This document shows, piece by piece, positions 58,889 through 64,000 of a stretch of 64,000 nt of DNA. The notes under the pieces are model-generated. The model saw only the letters and a program-made list of their open reading frames with translations. It was not told the DNA's origin and ran no database searches. Both the position numbers and the translations under genes were made by a program. Source of the DNA: a virus (taxonomy: Duplodnaviria > Caudoviricetes). Where the stretch lies: IMG/VR virus record IMGVR_UViG_3300021121_000001, positions 32,001-96,000 of that record; one strand, given 5' to 3'. Each line of letters begins with the position of its first letter. The first letter of the stretch is position 1.

Positions 58889-59606
58889 ACTAAACTGGAA
58901 TGCATTTAAAGACCTTATAGATGTTTCCTGGCACAAAGATCTGCAACCATTTATAGAAAGTAAAGAATGCTATGACATCTATCAGCATCTTAAAAGTTTG
59001 CCAAGAAATGAGGCAATACCAAAAAGTGAATTATTATGGAGACCTTTCCAAGAATGTAAGAAAGAAGACCTTAAAGTAGTTTTTATGGGATTGAGTCCAT
59101 ATCATACAAGATTCAATAACAGAGATTTTGCTGATGGCTTGGCTTTTAGTACACAACTTGATAAAACTCCCCCAAGTCTGGAACTATTATGGAATGCTGT
59201 AGAAGATGATTTAAAAAATAAAACACATAGAGAAAAAGATCTTAAGTTTTGGGCAAATCAAGGAGTTCTTTTGCTTAATGCAGGAATGTCAACTTCTTAC
59301 CAAAAAGCAGGAAACCATGTTGATTTATGGCTGCCATTTCACAAATATATGTATGAGAATGTATATTCTAAACACAATGGATTGATTTTTATATATTTTG
59401 GGAAAGAAGCACAAAAACTAAACAAATTAGAATCTCCTTTTATTCATTACAGTAAGAATGTAGAACATCCGGCAGCAGCAGCAAGACAAAATAGAGAATT
59501 TGCTCATGAAAATTTATTTTCCTGGGCGAATATGATTTTAAAATCAAATAATGGAATAGAATATCAGATACAATGGATACCTGATTCTGAAGATCTTCCT
59601 TTTTAA
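58881..59606 (+). CDS. ung: Family 1 uracil-DNA glycosylase homolog with variant active site
   Basis: KVVFMGLSPYH, GLAFS, PPSL, WANQGVLLLN and HP motifs. Confidence 0.88.
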   Translation: MNKLNWNAFKDLIDVSWHKDLQPFIESKECYDIYQHLKSLPRNEAIPKSELLWRPFQECKKEDLKVVFMGLSPYHTRFNNRDFADGLAFSTQLDKTPPSLELLWNAVEDDLKNKTHREKDLKFWANQGVLLLNAGMSTSYQKAGNHVDLWLPFHKYMYENVYSKHNGLIFIYFGKEAQKLNKLESPFIHYSKNVEHPAAAARQNREFAHENLFSWANMILKSNNGIEYQIQWIPDSEDLPF

Positions 59607-59616
59607 ATTAACAATT

Positions 59617-59784
59617 ATGACAACAAAAGCACAAGTGCTTGTAGAATTAACAATAGAACACAATCCTGAAGCAGATATAAGTGTGATATTATCAGAAATG
59701 AATTATGATTTTGAATACAAAATAGATTCTGATGGAATTTTTGCAGAGATTACAGATACTAAAATTTTAGAAACAGATTACTAA
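59617..59784 (+). CDS. Small acidic hypothetical protein (not in ORF track)
   Basis: MTTKAQVLVELTIEH...ETDY, 55 aa. Confidence 0.55.
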   Translation: MTTKAQVLVELTIEHNPEADISVILSEMNYDFEYKIDSDGIFAEITDTKILETDY

Positions 59785-59785
59785 T

Positions 59786-59983
59786 ATGGAAATAAATATA
59801 GTGGAATTAGCAAGTGAAACATCTTTTTCATATGTTCAAAATCTTGCAGAGCAATTAAAAGAAGAACATTCTATAGAAGATAATGGAGAATTCTATTTTA
59901 CTGAGAGGTATCAAGAAATATTTAACGATGTCTATGATGTAATTTACAATTATATTGAAGAACAAGGATTTAAACAAAACTAA
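59786..59983 (+). CDS. Hypothetical protein
   Basis: ORF track. Confidence 0.65.
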   Translation: MEINIVELASETSFSYVQNLAEQLKEEHSIEDNGEFYFTERYQEIFNDVYDVIYNYIEEQGFKQN

Positions 59984-60201
59984 TGGAAGGAATAGAAAAA
60001 AGTTACGAGCTATTATCAAGAATAAAATGCTTAAATCATTTTCATGAAATTAAATCATGGGTAAATGAGCAAATAGACTTGTTAGATAATACAGGAAAAA
60101 CAGAATGGGAATATTGTGCCATTAAATCAAGATATGACACATTGAAAGAATTTGAAAATATTATTAACGATAAAATAAAAGAAATAAAACCAAATGAATA
60201 G
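59983..60201 (+). CDS. Hypothetical protein
   Basis: ORF track. Confidence 0.6.
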   Translation: MEGIEKSYELLSRIKCLNHFHEIKSWVNEQIDLLDNTGKTEWEYCAIKSRYDTLKEFENIINDKIKEIKPNE

Positions 60202-61236
60202 TTACCAAACAACAAAAAGCTTATTGCTTTCAACAGCAATGCCGGAACAAACAAGAACATATAAACCTGTATCTCATTCACAATTGATTGATCTTACACT
60301 AAATAGCATAGAAAAAGCAGGATTTAAACTTGACAAAGAACTCTACTCTGCCACTTCTGATGGATCTAAAGCTAATGGCAGATACACAATCAGTAATGTT
60401 TCAGATAGTGAAATGCAGCTTCAAATAGGCTGGCAGAATAGTGTAGATAAGAGTCTTTCTCTTAAATTTGCAATTGGTTGTCAAATCTTCATAAACTAAC
60501 ATGTGAAGAATAAATCTCTTTAATTGACTGGAAACCCCTTAGAGCTTTGTACACTCCTACAAACAGTAATGATTTGTGTATAGTAAAAGAGACAAAGATT
60601 GGGCAATCAGCAGCCAAGTGTCCTAAAATTAGGACAAAGGTTCAACGACTATCCCTTATGGGAGTACACTTAAGTGAGTGGAAACAGGAGAATGCATTAA
60701 GCATGTGATATAGTCTGAACATATTAGAGATAATATGAGTAATTATTTACAAAATACAAATAATTACCTGTAATAATAACGAAATTACAGAAACATAATG
60801 ATGTCAAAATGGGGTTGTTCATGGAGATATGGGCAATTTCAAAAAGAAACATATGGGAGAAATACAGGAATTTACTCCAACTGCAATTACAGAATATATA
60901 AAACAAGCAGGAGAAACATTTGAAAAAATCCAAAAAGAAAGAGATGCGCTTAAGAAAGTGGAAATAAGTCCAAAAGTAAGAGCAGAGCTTCTTGGAAGAA
61001 TGTATTTTGAGCAGGAATTACTAAGAGCAGATCAAATAGGAATTATTAAGAAAGAAATAATTTCTCCTTCGCATGATTATAATTGCAATGGATCTGCATG
61101 GGAATTGTATAACTATTGTAATTTTGCATTAAAAGATTCACACCCGGCAAGTTACTTTAAGCAGCATACAGAATTGCATAGATTTTTTGTAAATGAATCA
61201 GGACTGCTTGTAGATGCAGAAATGGAGTTGGTATAA
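60194..61236 (+). CDS. DUF932-family protein, spliced: join(60194..60492,60801..61236), 244 aa
   Basis: Splicing restores NSVDKSLSLKFAIGCQIF-I-CQNG, the NS.D...C.NG signature; C-terminal SAWELYN. Confidence 0.85.
60493..60800 (+). ncRNA. Group I intron (IA2-like, 308 nt, no ORF)
   Basis: P element AATTGACTGGAAAC, Q element AATCAGCAGC, R element TTCAACGACTA, S element GATATAGTCT. P1 pairs exon TCTTCAT with IGS GTGAAGA (U.G at the splice site); terminal G at 60800; P7.1 and P7.2 hairpins present. Confidence 0.92.
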
Positions 61237-61347
61237 ATTTACTATTTTATTTATTTTTATATACCCTTTCAGGTATAAAAATACTATTTTTTACAAAAAT
61301 AATACCGAGAGGGTATAATTTTATTTCAGAATCAAATTTTAAACATG

Positions 61348-61380
61348 TCCCCTATAACATATTTGTTATAGGGGATTTTT
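61348..61380 (+). terminator. Intrinsic terminator
   Basis: TCCCCTATAACA-tatt-TGTTATAGGGGA followed by TTTTT. Confidence 0.75.
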
Positions 61381-61391
61381 AATTAAATAAT

Positions 61392-61649
61392 ATGTGGTAT
61401 TTAGATGTAAAACAAACAATATGGGAAAGAATTGCAATAAATTCTGAAGATGATTATTCTAAAATTGTAGAAATGCTGAAAGAAGGAAAAAGCATTGAAA
61501 ATATTTATAATGAATATAATATGGATGAATGTGAAAGTGAAATTCTTTATGATACAGCTACAGAAATGGATATAAATGAAAATGATGAAAATAGCACCAT
61601 AGAATTATTAGATGAAAACATGCAAACTGTCTGGAAAAATGGAAAATGA
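61392..61649 (+). CDS. Acidic hypothetical protein
   Basis: ORF track. Confidence 0.65.
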   Translation: MWYLDVKQTIWERIAINSEDDYSKIVEMLKEGKSIENIYNEYNMDECESEILYDTATEMDINENDENSTIELLDENMQTVWKNGK

Positions 61650-61842
61650 AAAAGCTTTAGAAATACTTCTAAAAATATGTGAAGAATCTCCAAAAACTGT
61701 AATAGATCATAATTGGGAGGATTATTTAAAAGATACGGAAACATTGGAAGCTATTTTAACAATAGCAAAACTTCCAAATTATAGAAAAGTGTTAAAATTC
61801 TATGAAGGATACACTATTGAAGAACTAATAAACAAAAAATAA
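61639..61842 (+). CDS. Hypothetical protein
   Basis: Likely start MENEK. Confidence 0.6.
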   Translation: MENEKALEILLKICEESPKTVIDHNWEDYLKDTETLEAILTIAKLPNYRKVLKFYEGYTIEELINKK

Positions 61843-64000
61843 TGGAACAAATAGGTGTAAAAAGTGACATTTCAAAATTACAACAATTATTGGGAAGTAA
61901 ACTGTATTCAGATAAATACAGTTTTATTCAAGAGCAAATGCAAAATTCCACAGATGCAATGAGAAAATGTGGAAAAGGTGATGAACCTTTTCATGTAGGA
62001 ATTAAAAAAGATACTGGCGTATTTACATTTTTTATTAGAGATTTTGGCTGTAGCTTTGAAAGCATTGATGATTTTAAAAGACTCATTGGTACATTGCTGG
62101 AATCAAGTAAATCTCAACAAAAAGATGCAAGTGAAGGTCAGGAACTTGGCAAATATGGGATAGGCAGTATTGCCTGTGCAGCCTATAATAAAGAATGGAA
62201 TTATAAAGTTTATAAGAATGGGAAAGGTTTTGATGCAAATTTGAAAGAAATTGATGGAAAAGGATTGTTTCTTGGATGTTCTGATTATTATGAAACTGAA
62301 GAAGTGGATGGTGTTTATTTTGAAGTTGAAATAAATACAGAAATTAATGAATTTTATGATAAGCTCATCCAGAAAGCAAAATATTTTCAAAATATAAAAT
62401 TTGTATGGGATAGTGATACTTTGGCATATTTTAAAAGTAAATATTTCGATGTTTCAAGCATTATTGACATTAACCAAAGATTCAAAATAGTGAGATCTGA
62501 AGATTTTCAGTACAGTACTTTGAATGAGCTTAATGAAATGCATATTTGTTTGGATCAATACAGCTATTTTATAAATTGGACAGAAGCAGGAATAAATAGA
62601 ATAAAATTACCAATAGCTCTTAGATTTAGTTTAAATGAATTTGAAACCAATCCTACAAGAGAGGTTATAACAATTGATGAGAGCTATAAAGAAAAGATCA
62701 GAAACAAGGTAAAAAAAGTAGCTAAATATTTTCTGGATAAATACAATGAAGAAAATCCAGTATTTGAAGCAGAAAATCTTAAAATATATGAGCAAGAATT
62801 AATAAGAAGAGATGATAAATCCATCAAGATTGCGAATAAAGTAATAGATATTGAAGAGTTCTGTAAAACATATACACATGGATCATTTAATCTCCCCACT
62901 TTTAAAAATATAACTCCTAAAACATTAGATGATTTTCATAGATTTATGAATTTTTACGGAAGAAGAGTGTATAATGTATCTTATAAAATAAGAAGAGGAA
63001 CATTATTAAGAAATACAAGTCTTACATGGAATGAAAGAAGTACATTTATTCTTACAAATAGAAGATTGAAAAGATTTGAACAGGACTATTTAAAAACAAA
63101 AAATGATACATTTTATATAATTGAAAAAAGTAAAAATGACATAGTTTTAAAACATGACGGAATTAATCCTTCTATACAAACGCATTTTAATATTGAAGAA
63201 AGGGATATAAATTCAGAGCATGAAAAGATGTTTGAAGATTTCAAACTTCTAAAAGAAGAACATGATAAAAATGTGTTTCTTAAAATAGAAGATATTATCC
63301 CAAAAGATTATGAAAACACCCTTCCTAAAAAAGAAAAAAAGAAAAAGGAAAAGGTGGAGAAATCAGAAGAAGAAATATTTTTGAAATACCCAAGAAGACC
63401 TGAAAGATCCTGTTCATGGTTTGCTGTATGGCAAGATGCTCCTGTAAAAATGAAAAATTTGAGCAGGCTTCCAAAACTTCATATTTATGGAACAGAATCT
63501 AAAAGAAAAGATTTAGAATCACTTTATGTAAAATTTCAAAAAAAGGATACAAATTTACAAATAATAATGGTTAGCGAAAAAACAGAAAAAATGCTTAAAC
63601 AGGAAAACAATCATAATTTCATTCACATAGATGATTTGAAAAACAATTTTGGAGTTATTTCAAAATATGCAACAATGGGTTATATAAAGAGCCAAGTATC
63701 AGATATTGAAAATATTTTGAAGCATCATGAAATAATAAAAACCTATATATCAAAACAAATAGGTGATGACATGAATGAACTGGATGTTTTGCTTAAAAAA
63801 TATGATCCAGATGATATTTTTTATGGATTTGAAAAAACTATAATTAAAGAGATTGTAGATTTTTACAACAACAATCCAAAACTTTATGATCAGAATATTT
63901 TAGATAAAGCAAATAAAGTTTTAAGAGTGGCATCTAAATTGGACTTTGTGACTCTTTTTGCACATGATATAAAAACACAAAGTTCAAGAAAGGATATTGC
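61842..64000 (+). CDS. rIIA: rIIA-like protein with N-terminal GHKL ATPase (truncated by window end)
   Basis: Hand translation gives LYSDKYSFIQEQMQNSTDA, IRDFG, GKYGIGS and later NPTRE; the reading frame appears open to the window edge. Confidence 0.8.
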   Translation, partial: MEQIGVKSDISKLQQLLGSKLYSDKYSFIQEQMQNSTDAMRKCGKGDEPFHVGIKKDTGVFTFFIRDFGCSFESIDDFKRLIGTLLESSKSQQKDASEGQELGKYGIGSIACAAYNKEWNYKVYKNGKGFDANLKEIDGKGLFLGCSDYYETEEVDGVYFEVEINTEINEFYDKLIQKAKYFQNIKFVWDSDTLAYFKSKYFDVSSIIDINQRFKIVRSEDFQYSTLNELNEMHICLDQYSYFINWTEAGINRIKLPIALRFSLNEFETNPTREVITIDESYKEKIRNKVKKVAKYFLDKYNEENPVFEAENLKIYEQELIRRDDKSIKIANKVIDIEEFCKTYTHGSFNLPTFKNITPKTLDDFHRFMNFYGRRVYNVSYKIRRGTLLRNTSLTWNERSTFILTNRRLKRFEQDYLKTKNDTFYIIEKSKNDIVLKHDGINPSIQTHFNIEERDINSEHEKMFEDFKLLKEEHDKNVFLKIEDIIPKDYENTLPKKEKKKKEKVEKSEEEIFLKYPRRPERSCSWFAVWQDAPVKMKNLSRLPKLHIYGTESKRKDLESLYVKFQKKDTNLQIIMVSEKTEKMLKQENNHNFIHIDDLKNNFGVISKYATMGYIKSQVSDIENILKHHEIIKTYISKQIGDDMNELDVLLKKYDPDDIFYGFEKTIIKEIVDFYNNNPKLYDQNILDKANKVLRVASKLDFVTLFAHDIKTQSSRKDI

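Noticed and set aside
60194-61236. DUF932 pseudogene or two separate genes
   Set aside because: The interruption is a complete group I intron whose removal restores the frame and the conserved motif.
62103-62899. Minus-strand ORFs near the window end
   Set aside because: They are antisense to the rIIA-like gene, which the ORF track omits because it has no stop codon inside the window.
1-64000. Stop-codon reassignment (TAG or TGA), as seen in some crAss-like phages
   Set aside because: Core genes are full length under code 11, and TAG and TGA both end genes at sensible operon junctions.

Overview
About 64 kb of an AT-rich lytic phage genome. Gene content and order indicate a crAss-like (Crassvirales-type) phage, and TAnnTTTG promoters point to a Bacteroidota host. 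Standard genetic code; no stop-codon recoding is evident. The left arm (1-31.6 kb, minus strand) is the virion module. In transcription order it holds an intein-containing PhoH, small conserved genes, terminase large subunit, portal, scaffold-like protein, major capsid protein, ring and auxiliary capsid proteins and Cys-rich fibre proteins. It continues with a lysis cassette, an Asn-rich beta-solenoid spike, two very basic peptides, a DUF559 nuclease, a metallophosphoesterase, and IHF-like and tail ring proteins. A roughly 3 kb, mostly non-coding divergence region (31.7-34.6 kb) carries repeated motifs and several structured RNA candidates. The right arm (plus strand) has many small early genes and then the replication module: RNA ligase, SF2 helicase, PolB, DnaB-like helicase, AAA ATPase, GIY-YIG endonuclease, SSB-like protein, primase, a variant UNG, a DUF932 gene and an rIIA-like gene cut by the window edge. 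Highlights are (1) an ORF-less group IA2 intron (60493-60800) splitting the DUF932 gene, (2) a LAGLIDADG intein in the PhoH P-loop, (3) a 3' UTR segment perfectly antisense to the translation-initiation region of the scaffold gene, (4) several promoter-hairpin-terminator sRNA units and a ~400 nt multi-hairpin RNA, and (5) strong CpG depletion with CpG-normal islands. All assignments come from reading motifs by eye; no database searches were run.
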